This document shows, piece by piece, positions 1 to 7,289 of a DNA stretch of 64,000 nucleotides (positions are counted from its first letter, which is position 1; each line of letters starts with the position of its first letter). The DNA lies in assembly GCA_003135555.1 (NCBI GenBank), contig PLCF01000062.1, positions 62,981 through 126,980 on the forward strand, read 5' to 3'. The notes under the pieces were generated by a model. It was not told the DNA's origin. It searched no databases and saw only the letters and a list, made by a program, of their open reading frames with translations. The position numbers and the translations under genes are program-made. This stretch comes from Vulcanimicrobiota bacterium (GTDB lineage: Bacteria > Vulcanimicrobiota > Vulcanimicrobiia > Vulcanimicrobiales > Vulcanimicrobiaceae).

Positions 1-119
1 GCGTCGGGTCGCCAGTCGGGGGGCGCAGGCGACGGCGATGCGTCCAAATTCGCCGCCGATGCAGCGGGGAAACCGGTCAGCAGCGCACAGGCGATCGCGA
101 GACTCAGGGTTTTCTTCAC
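1..119 (-). CDS. Secreted hypothetical protein, N-terminal part (runs off the window)
   Basis: GTG at 119 with AGGAGG RBS upstream; reads MKKTLSLAIACALLTGFPAASAANLDASPSPAPP, a Sec signal peptide followed by a Pro-rich linker. Confidence 0.65.
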   Translation of the reverse strand, partial: MKKTLSLAIACALLTGFPAASAANLDASPSPAPPDWRPD

Positions 120-303
120 GGCGCATCCTCCTACTCCGGTCGCTCACGCCTTGGCGGTACGTCCTCGCGGGCCCTCGGGCTTTTTGCTCGACGTCACAGC
201 CGGAACGTGCGCGCAGTCGCTTACGGAGTGCGATGACCGTCGCCGCGGACGACGGCATCGACACGCGCGCTCAGCGCGAACGCCGCTGCGGCTGGGGACC
301 GAG

Positions 304-561
304 TTAGCCGCCGCCGTCGCCGCTGAGCGCGGGCATGAGGACGCGCATCCGCATCTGCTCCTCGATTGCCTGGTCGTCCGAGCTCGGGGCGCCGGCTTGG
401 GCAACGCCGGCTTGCTGATTATGCCGGCGACGTCGCGATGGGGTGGCTACCGCCACCGGTGCAGCGACCGTCGCGGCCTGAGCCGCAGCGGGGGCTGCCG
501 GGGTCGGGGTGGACGTCAGCGCGGCGATTGCGATCGCGGCGCTACCGATGAATGGGAGCAC
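304..561 (-). CDS. Small exported hypothetical protein ending in GGG
   Basis: GGAGGAGG RBS, GTG start; hydrophobic N-terminus (MLPFIGSAAIAIAAL), Ala/Pro linker, C-terminus ...LMPALSGDGGG. Confidence 0.65.
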   Translation of the reverse strand: MLPFIGSAAIAIAALTSTPTPAAPAAAQAATVAAPVAVATPSRRRRHNQQAGVAQAGAPSSDDQAIEEQMRMRVLMPALSGDGGG

Positions 562-565
562 GGAG

Positions 566-868
566 TTAGCCTCCTCCAGTGACGATGGGTGGGTTGATTC
601 GGTCGACTTCGTCGTGCCACGCACGCGTCAACTGATCGACGCTGAGCGCTTTCGAGTAGTCGGGATGGAAGGTTCGGTCGAGCCGGCGGGGCTGCGCCGA
701 AGTCGTTCCGCGCGCGGCATCGGTGATGCCGATAACGCGGATCTGCGCTGCGGGAGGCGCGTCGGTAACGAGTGTCCCGACGACGTTCCCTTGCGCATCG
801 AGGACCGTGTACTGTGCGCCGAGTGCGACAAAGGTCGCGATCGCGGCGGCTTGGATGGCTGATTTCAC
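566..868 (-). CDS. Small exported hypothetical protein ending in GGG
   Basis: GGAG RBS then GTG at 868 (MKSAIQAAAIATFVALGAQ...); C-terminus AWHDEVDRINPPIVTGGG; this is the 3' part of the chimeric track ORF 566..1624. Confidence 0.65.
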   Translation of the reverse strand: MKSAIQAAAIATFVALGAQYTVLDAQGNVVGTLVTDAPPAAQIRVIGITDAARGTTSAQPRRLDRTFHPDYSKALSVDQLTRAWHDEVDRINPPIVTGGG

Positions 869-932
869 GAAGGTTCTCCAAGAACGGTGCACTGCAAGGC
901 ATACGCCGCAGAGACCGTCTTCGGATCGCCGT

Positions 933-1012
933 TCAGGCGGCGTCCATAACCACGAGCGCGGCGTGTTGATGCGTTCCACGATCGGAGGCTCGTCAAAGAG
1001 AGTGCCCAGCAT
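933..1012 (-). pseudogene. Degenerate, internally deleted remnant of the DUF445 3' end
   Basis: Encodes FDEPPIVERIN (vs LDEPVIVERLN) joined out of frame to HAALVVMDAA* (vs HAALVVTGAA*) of the gene at 27773..29020. Confidence 0.7.
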
Positions 1013-1058
1013 ATGGCACTCCCTGGCGGTTTGATAGTGTCGGAGGTGAAGCCAGAAC

Positions 1059-1244
1059 GTGCATCTTGCTTCGATTTCCGCTCCGGTCTGGGCGGCGATA
1101 CTTGGCTTTACGGGTTTCGGTGTCGTGTTGTGGATTTTCGATCGGCAGCGTCGCGACGCGTTGCCGACGTCGACCCCGACTGAAGATGAGCCGACGCAGC
1201 CGCCAAAGAACTGTGGTCTCTCTATCCAGACTTCCCGGACGACG
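1059..1244 (+). pseudogene. Probable truncated small membrane protein
   Basis: GGAGGT RBS, GTG start, one TM segment (VWAAILGFTGFGVVLWIF); the frame then runs into the antisense of the DUF445 fragment. Confidence 0.4.
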
Positions 1245-1436
1245 AGCTGCGCCGCCGACGAGGCTGCCGTTGAGGCGGATGAATTGCAGGTCGGGGCCGA
1301 GCTCGGTCTCGATCTTTTCGGTGACGACGTCGGCGTCCCAGCGCTGCACCACCTCGGTGATGAGCAGCGAGAACTGCTGCTGGAAACGCGCCAGGACCGA
1401 CTCGGCGACGTCGCACAACCGCACGTTGAGGCGTTC
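1245..1436 (-). repeat. Duplicate of DUF445 3' region (27818..28009)
   Basis: 64 codons with identical translation (ERLNVRL...SLVGGAA); about 16 nucleotide differences by manual alignment, all synonymous. Confidence 0.95.
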
Positions 1437-1439
1437 GAG

Positions 1440-1786
1440 CAGCCGTTGGTCGGGACGGCCACCAGATACGATGCGCCCAGGGAAAACGGCGTGTTTACGA
1501 AGCGGTAGTCCGCGTGCAGCCCGAGACCAAGTTCGATCGACTGCTGGTTGACTTGGCCGGCCCCGCCGATCCCTGTGCTCGCGTTCTGCCGCGTGAAGTC
1601 GTAGGCGCGAAAAAAGCCGCGCACCGAGAACGGTGGCGCCGCCGACGCAGGAGGGAGTTACGTCGACGGCGCCGGGGACGGCGATGGAGGCGGTGACGAC
1701 TGCGCGCCGGCAGGCGCGCCAACGAGCGCAAGCCCCGCCCATAGCGCGGCGATAAATGCCGAGCCGCGCGCTCGCGAGTATGTCAT
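1440..1786 (-). pseudogene. Truncated outer-membrane beta-barrel (OprD-like porin) gene
   Basis: ATG at 1786, signal peptide ending AGA|Q, Pro-rich linker, in-frame TAA at 1658-1660, then amphipathic beta strands (VRGFFRAYDFTRQNAS, LGLHADYRF, FSLGASY); cut off by the DUF445 fragment. The porin call is from recalled similarity. Confidence 0.55.
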
Positions 1787-1865
1787 ACGAATTAACACTT
1801 CAAACCGACGTACGCCACCGGCCCGATGACCAGTTCGCTCGACCGTTACAGAGCTGCTAGGCCGC

Positions 1866-2729
1866 TCAGGCGGCGCCAGTAACCACGAGCGCCGCGTGCA
1901 GTGGGCCGTCGCCGTCCGCGATCGCGTCGCGAAGCTCGCGCGTCGCGCGCATCGGCTCGACGCCGAGAACGCGGTGCAGATAGCTCGCCAGCGCGTCGTA
2001 CTCCGCGAGCGCCGGCGCCCGCCGGCCCATCCGGCTGAAGCACGTCATCGCGGCGCGCGTGATCCCTTCGTGGGCGCGGTCGACGGCGATCGCGCGCAGC
2101 GCGATGTCGATCGCGGCGGGATAGTCGTGGCGCTCCATACGCTCGGCGGCGAGCCGCTCGACCATCGTGATGAACGCGCTCTCGTAACGCACGCGCATTG
2201 GAGCGACCCAGTCGCCGCCCTCGCCGGCGAGAAAGGCTCCCTGATACAAATCGACAGCTTCGCGCATCGCGGCGATCGAGCCGTCAGCATAACACGCTTC
2301 GAACCTGTCGGCGTCGACCTCCAGGCGGATGGACGGATGCCAGGCGTACGACGCGTCGACGAACCGGATCGGATCGAGACCTCCGGTCGCGGTCCGCAGC
2401 GTCGCGCGCGCACCGCTCGCCGCGACGTGGAGCCGGTGCCCCACCGCGTCCGTTTCGAGGTCGGGCCAGAACGCGTAGGCCAACGCGTCGCGCGCGACGG
2501 GCGCGTGATGGTATGTGACGAGATATTGTAGGAATTCGCGCCCGCGCTGGTGTGCCGGCGTCGCGTCTCGCGGGCCCTCGTCGAGAAACACGAAGTGCCC
2601 GAAACATCGGAAACGCAGCGCGACCTCAACTCCGCCGCAACGTTCTTTGCTGGCGCTCACCCGCATCGGAAAACCCCGATTCCGAAAGAATCGAAAAGCG
2701 CTCTGCCAGAGAGTGCTCCATGCTAGCAT
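1866..2729 (-). CDS. AfsR/SARP-family transcriptional activator (winged HTH + BTAD); start may be 2666
   Basis: LRFRCFGHF, FLQYL, RDALAYAFWPD, VDADRFE, AVDLYQGAFL, HEGITRAAM, ALAEYDAL, LGVEP motifs; last 11 aa equal the DUF445 C-terminus. Confidence 0.9.
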   Translation of the reverse strand: MLAWSTLWQSAFRFFRNRGFPMRVSASKERCGGVEVALRFRCFGHFVFLDEGPRDATPAHQRGREFLQYLVTYHHAPVARDALAYAFWPDLETDAVGHRLHVAASGARATLRTATGGLDPIRFVDASYAWHPSIRLEVDADRFEACYADGSIAAMREAVDLYQGAFLAGEGGDWVAPMRVRYESAFITMVERLAAERMERHDYPAAIDIALRAIAVDRAHEGITRAAMTCFSRMGRRAPALAEYDALASYLHRVLGVEPMRATRELRDAIADGDGPLHAALVVTGAA

Positions 2730-2744
2730 CGCTTGGGGATCGAG

Positions 2745-2798
2745 TCAAGCGCGTGAGGAGAGAATTGTGAGCGCGGGGTTGGCGCGGTCGCGCATACT
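2745..2798 (+). promoter_or_regulatory. Putative SARP-activated promoter 1 (distal)
   Basis: Heptamers TCAAGCG (2745), GTGAGCG (2767), GTTGGCG (2778) in 11-bp register, 8-nt spacer, -10 CATACT (2793-2798). Confidence 0.5.
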
Positions 2799-2838
2799 CT
2801 GGCCGATGCGGAGTCTGCGGCCGCCGCGAACGCGGTGT

Positions 2839-2881
2839 TTGAGCGTTTTGTGAGCGCCCGGAGAGCGCGGCGCCGTACGAT
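2839..2881 (+). promoter_or_regulatory. Putative SARP-activated promoter 2 of the eCIS operon
   Basis: TTGAGCG-N4-GTGAGCG-N4-GAGAGCG, 8-nt spacer, -10 TACGAT (2876-2881). Confidence 0.7.
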
Positions 2882-2911
2882 CCTCGCATCGCCGGCGCGG
2901 GCCGGCGACGG

Positions 2912-3172
2912 ATGAGCGAACGAATCGGCTTGCTGCTGCGCTTACGGGGATGCGACGGTGATCTGTGCATCAGGATCGAGACGCTGGACGGCCGCCGCCT
3001 GTCGGTGGACGAGTCCAGCCTGACGGCGGTGGTCTGGCGCGAAGAACCGGACGTTCTCCGTTTCCGTCTCGAGCACGGCTCGACCCATCAGCTAGCATAT
3101 CTTCAAGGCACCGAGTTGCTCGACTCGCTCGCGAGTGCGCTCCACCTCATCGTCGCTCCGAACACGAGGTAA
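2912..3172 (+). CDS. Hypothetical protein, first gene of the eCIS operon
   Basis: 86-aa ORF with protein-like composition, ending 3 nt before the next ATG. Confidence 0.7.
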   Translation: MSERIGLLLRLRGCDGDLCIRIETLDGRRLSVDESSLTAVVWREEPDVLRFRLEHGSTHQLAYLQGTELLDSLASALHLIVAPNTR

Positions 3173-3175
3173 ACT

Positions 3176-3550
3176 ATGCCGCCTGCCATCAGCGCCGCCG
3201 CTACATTCGGGGTGCAGGTCCCAGGAGGGCCGACGATCATGGCGTCGTGGACGGTCGCCGCGGACGCGTACGACCGTGTCTCTGCGACGCTCGCCGCGGG
3301 CACAAACGGTACCTACGACGTCACCAACGTTTCGGCAGCCAGCGTGCAGATGCTCGCGATCGTCTCCTCGGCCTACGACCCGCTGATCCTGATCAAGACG
3401 CTCTTTGGAGGGTCCATGAAGCTCGACGCTCCGATCGTGCTAAGCAGCCCGCAGATCGTCAGCACGTTCGCACCGGCGTCGATCGAGATCGACAACGGCT
3501 CGGCGAAGACGGTGACGGTCGACGTGCTCGTGCTGCGGAAGGCCGTGTGA
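3176..3550 (+). CDS. Hypothetical beta-rich protein upstream of the sheath gene
   Basis: GAGG RBS, 124 aa, ends 1 nt before the sheath ATG. Confidence 0.8.
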   Translation: MPPAISAAATFGVQVPGGPTIMASWTVAADAYDRVSATLAAGTNGTYDVTNVSAASVQMLAIVSSAYDPLILIKTLFGGSMKLDAPIVLSSPQIVSTFAPASIEIDNGSAKTVTVDVLVLRKAV

Positions 3551-3551
3551 G

Positions 3552-5198
3552 ATGCCGCTGACGTTGACCTATCCCGGCGTCTACGTCCAGGAACTGCCGA
3601 GCTCCGTCCACACGATCGTCGGCGTCCCGACCGCGGTCGCCGCGTTCGTCGGGCGCGCGCGGCGCGGACCGCTCAACGTCCCGGTTCGGATCGGTTCTTT
3701 CGCGCAGTTCGAGCGCGCGTTCGGGGCGCTGTGGCAGCAGTCGGAGCTGGGCTACTGCGTGAAGCAGTACTTCGACAACGGCGGCAACGACGCGGTCGTC
3801 GTGCGCACCGTCACGGCCGCCGATCTCGCGACGTTCACCGGCGTGCCGCCGACGATCGCGGTCGCGACCAACGGCGCGGGGCCGCCGCTCACCCTCCAAG
3901 CGCGCAGCCCTGGCCTGTGGTTCGGCCCGAGCAGCTTCCGCGCCGACGTCGACTGGAACACGCGGCGGGTCGGAACGCCCCCGAACCCGGACGCGACCGT
4001 CTTCAACCTCAAGCTCACGCTCACCGAGATCGATCCGATCAGCGGCGCGACGAGCACGACGGTCGAGTCGTATCAGAACCTCTCGTACGACCCCACCGCG
4101 CCGACGTACGTCGGCGACGTGCTCGCCAACGACTCGCGGTTCGTCTTCGCCGCGAACTCGCGCAACCCAGCCGATCCGAACTTCCTTACCCCAGCCTCGC
4201 GCGCGGACGTGCTGGGGACGCCGTACACGACGGTCTCGGCGCTCAGCGACGGCAGCCCGCTGGCGTGGACGGACATCACCGGCGACCCCGCCGCGAAGAC
4301 CGGGATGTTCGCGTTAGCGGACGCCGACATCTTCACGATGATCATGATCCCACCGCCGTCACCAGACGAGAACGCCGCGCGCATCAACGACCTGCTGAAC
4401 TCGGCGGCGTGGGGCGCGATCGCGGCGTTCGCGGCGAGCCGGCACGCGGTCGCGTACATCGATCCGCCGGCGCCACCCACCTGGGGCGACGAGCCGGCGG
4501 TGTACTCGGCGGTCTCCGCCCTGGGAAACGCACTCGACCCGGTGCGCTTCGACAACACCGCGTTGTACTACCCGTGGATATGGTACGCCGATCCGCTCAA
4601 CGGAGGGCGGCCGCGGCTGTTCCCGCCGTCGGCCTCGGCGATGGGCGTCGCCGCGCGGATCGACGGAACGCGCGGCGTCTGGAAAGCGCCGGCCGGCGAA
4701 GAGGCCAAGCTCGTCGGCGCGCAACAGCTCGCCTATCGCATGACCGACAGCGAGAACGGTGAGCTCAACCCGCTCGCGATCAACTGCCTGCGCACGTTCC
4801 CGATCATCGGCAGCGTCGTGTGGGGCGCGCGGACGCTTGTCGGCGCCGACTCCGAAGGCTCGCAGTGGAAATATCTGCCGGTCCGCCGCACGGCCTACTT
4901 CATCGAGGAGACGCTCTACCGCGCGCTCGGATGGGTGGTCTTCGAGCCCAACGACGAGCCGCTGTGGTCGCAGATCCGGCTCAACGTCGGCGCGTTCATG
5001 CGGTCGCTGTTCCGGCAGGGCGCGTTCCAAGGCGCGACGCCGGCGCAGGCGTACTTCGTCCGCTGCAACTCCGACACGACGACCGCGCTCGACCAGGACC
5101 TTGGCATCGTCAACGTCGTGGTCGGGTTCGCGCCGCTCAAACCGGCCGAGTTCGTCGTCATCAAGATCACTCAAATCGCGGGTCAGATCCAGACCTGA
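3552..5198 (+). CDS. Contractile tail sheath protein (Afp2/3/4-like)
   Basis: YPGVYVQE N-terminus, RGVWKAPAG, VWGARTL, WKYLPVRR, WVVFEPND, GFAPLKPAEFVVI. Confidence 0.97.
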   Translation: MPLTLTYPGVYVQELPSSVHTIVGVPTAVAAFVGRARRGPLNVPVRIGSFAQFERAFGALWQQSELGYCVKQYFDNGGNDAVVVRTVTAADLATFTGVPPTIAVATNGAGPPLTLQARSPGLWFGPSSFRADVDWNTRRVGTPPNPDATVFNLKLTLTEIDPISGATSTTVESYQNLSYDPTAPTYVGDVLANDSRFVFAANSRNPADPNFLTPASRADVLGTPYTTVSALSDGSPLAWTDITGDPAAKTGMFALADADIFTMIMIPPPSPDENAARINDLLNSAAWGAIAAFAASRHAVAYIDPPAPPTWGDEPAVYSAVSALGNALDPVRFDNTALYYPWIWYADPLNGGRPRLFPPSASAMGVAARIDGTRGVWKAPAGEEAKLVGAQQLAYRMTDSENGELNPLAINCLRTFPIIGSVVWGARTLVGADSEGSQWKYLPVRRTAYFIEETLYRALGWVVFEPNDEPLWSQIRLNVGAFMRSLFRQGAFQGATPAQAYFVRCNSDTTTALDQDLGIVNVVVGFAPLKPAEFVVIKITQIAGQIQT

Positions 5199-5209
5199 GG
5201 AGCATTGCG

Positions 5210-5719
5210 ATGGCGCAGTTCACGGCGAATGCCGTCTACCGGTTCGACCCGTACAAGAATTTCAAGTTCAAGCTGAAGTGGGACGGCCAGTACGTCGCCG
5301 GACTCTCGAAGATGACGCCGCTCAAGCGAACGACGGAGGTCATCAAGCACCGCGAGGGCGGCGACCCGTCGTCGAGCCACAAGGCGCCGGGCCGAACCGA
5401 GTACGACAGCATCACGCTGTCGCGCGGCGTCACGTTCGACACCGCGTTCGAAGAGTGGGCGAACCTGGTGTTCCTGCACGGCGCCGGTCCCGGCGCCGAG
5501 GCGCAGCTCAAGAGCATGCGCAAAGATCTGTACCTCGAGATCAACGACGAAGCCGGCACGAAGGTGATCGCGTACAACATCTACCGCGCATGGGTCAGCG
5601 AGTACGTCGCGGTGCCCGAGCTCGACGCCAACGCGAACGCCGTCGCGATCGCGACGATCAAGATCGAGTGCGAGGGATTCGAGCGGGATGTCACGGTCAC
5701 CGAGCCGACCGAGACCTGA
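5210..5719 (+). CDS. Tail tube protein (T4 gp19/Afp1-5-like)
   Basis: GAGGAG RBS; RFDPYKNFKF, HREGGDP, PGRTEYDSITLSRG, ELDANANAVAI. Confidence 0.95.
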   Translation: MAQFTANAVYRFDPYKNFKFKLKWDGQYVAGLSKMTPLKRTTEVIKHREGGDPSSSHKAPGRTEYDSITLSRGVTFDTAFEEWANLVFLHGAGPGAEAQLKSMRKDLYLEINDEAGTKVIAYNIYRAWVSEYVAVPELDANANAVAIATIKIECEGFERDVTVTEPTET

Positions 5720-6452
5720 GCGCGGCGGACGCCTTCCGGTCGGCGTCGTGCGCGGCCGCCGGCTCGAGCGCTCGTTCGCGCTCGCGCCGCCGGCGGCGGA
5801 CGCCGCGCTGCTCGCGCTCGACTTCACCCGACCGCGGGAAGCGCTGCTCAGCGACGCGCTCGCGCTGGTCATCGAACGCGTCGGCTGCGTCGAGCGTCCC
5901 GGCGCGGAGGTCCTTCACGGGCTGACGCTCGCCGATCGTCACGCGCTCGTCCGCGACGCGCTCGTCACGAGCGGCCGCCCGGCGATCGACGCCGTCGCCG
6001 CGTGCGACGGCTGCGGTAAGCAGTTTGAGCTCGCGTTCGATCTGTGCGCCGTCGTGCTGCCGAACGTCGATCCCCGCACGACCGCCGTCCGCCTCCCGAC
6101 GGCGGCCGACGTCGAGCGCGCGCGCGACGATCTCGACCTGCTCGCCGCGCTGTTGCAATGCAGCCGGAACGGCGCGGAGCGCGCTCGCGAGAGCGCAGAG
6201 GATATGATCGCCGGCGCGGACCCGCTCGGCACGCTGGTCATCGAGAGCGCCTGTCCGGAGTGCGGTGCCTCCGTCCGCGCGGAAGCGGACCTGGCCGGGT
6301 CGTGGCTGGAGACCCTGCGCCGCCGAGCGTCGGCGCTGATCGACGACGTGCACGTGCTCGCGACGCGCTATCACTGGAGCGAGTCGGAGATCCTCGCGCT
6401 CCCCGCGTCGCGACGCATCGCGTACTTGGAGCTGATCGAGGCGGAGCGGTGA
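5688..6452 (+). CDS. Baseplate/tail-assembly protein (gp26-like, two CxxC) with C-terminal DUF6760-like motif; true start probably after 5719
   Basis: LTLADRHAL, CDGC, RLPTAAD, CPEC, VHVLATRYHWSESEILALPASRR. Confidence 0.75.
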   Translation: MSRSPSRPRPERGGRLPVGVVRGRRLERSFALAPPAADAALLALDFTRPREALLSDALALVIERVGCVERPGAEVLHGLTLADRHALVRDALVTSGRPAIDAVAACDGCGKQFELAFDLCAVVLPNVDPRTTAVRLPTAADVERARDDLDLLAALLQCSRNGAERARESAEDMIAGADPLGTLVIESACPECGASVRAEADLAGSWLETLRRRASALIDDVHVLATRYHWSESEILALPASRRIAYLELIEAER

Positions 6453-7282
6453 AGGGATACCTCGCGCACGTCGTCGCGCGCGCGCACTCCGCGCCGCTCG
6501 GTGCGCGAGCGGTTCGGTACGCGTTCGAGCGCGTCGCCGAGGTCGATGCGGCGCTGCCTGCCGCCCCTGCGCCGGCTCGCGCGTTGTCGTTGCCGTCCCC
6601 GCGAGGCGAGCGCGCGGGGACCGCGCTGCGGCTGCACGCGGCGCCGGCTCCCGATCCCGTGCGCGAGGTCGTGCGCCTCGTCGAACGCTCGACGCCGCCG
6701 GCCGCTCGCGCATCGGCGCCGCCGGCGCGCTCAACACCCGCGCCGCCGGCGGAGGTGGTGGCGTCGCGCACGCGGCCGGCCGAGGCGGCGTCATCGCGGG
6801 CGGAGCGCGCGAGCGCTGCCGCCGCGCAGGAGCCCGCGCCGGCGCCGGTTTCGCGGCGCATCGAGCGTGCGCCGTCGCGCGCGCCGAGCCGCGCGGTCGA
6901 CGCCGCGGCCCGCGAGCGCACCATCGTCGAAGAGCGCACGATCGTGGTGGACCGCGAGGTCGAAGCGGTCGCCGCGGCGAGCGCCGTCGAGGAACCCGCG
7001 CGGTGCGCGCAGCGCGCCGCCGCCTCGCCGACGATTCGCGTCGTCGTCCCGGCGGACGCGCGCGGGCTCGGCGGCGACGTGACCGGCGCGATCGAGCGCG
7101 CGGCGCGCGAGGCCACGCGGCGGCGGCTCGGTGCGCTCGGCGACGTCGAGCGGCGGACCCTCGACGTGCGGATCGAGCGGGTCGACGTGCACCTCCCCGC
7201 CGCACCCGCCGCCGCACCGCCGCCGGCGAGCGCACCGGCGACCGCGTCCGGCGTGCTCGCGCGCAGCCTGTCGCGCTTCTGA
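6449..7282 (+). CDS. Ala/Pro/Arg-rich eCIS hypothetical protein
   Basis: GTGA overlap with the previous gene; MKGYLAHVVARA N-terminus and LDVRIERVDVH near the C-terminus around a low-complexity middle. Confidence 0.7.
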   Translation: MKGYLAHVVARAHSAPLGARAVRYAFERVAEVDAALPAAPAPARALSLPSPRGERAGTALRLHAAPAPDPVREVVRLVERSTPPAARASAPPARSTPAPPAEVVASRTRPAEAASSRAERASAAAAQEPAPAPVSRRIERAPSRAPSRAVDAAARERTIVEERTIVVDREVEAVAAASAVEEPARCAQRAAASPTIRVVVPADARGLGGDVTGAIERAAREATRRRLGALGDVERRTLDVRIERVDVHLPAAPAAAPPPASAPATASGVLARSLSRF

Positions 7283-7289
7283 GATCGCC

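Noticed and set aside
1245..1436. Simple assembly duplication of DUF445
   Set aside because: The copy differs at about 16 sites, all synonymous, and two other remnants exist; a strain-chimeric assembly cannot be fully excluded without reads.
566..1742. Track ORFs 566..1624 and 993..1742 as real genes
   Set aside because: They are read-throughs across porin, DUF445 and small-gene fragments in different frames.
1805..1840. ECF-like promoter (GAAC...CGTA) upstream of the porin remnant
   Set aside because: The spacing does not match the N16 seen at 52064-52149; likely chance.
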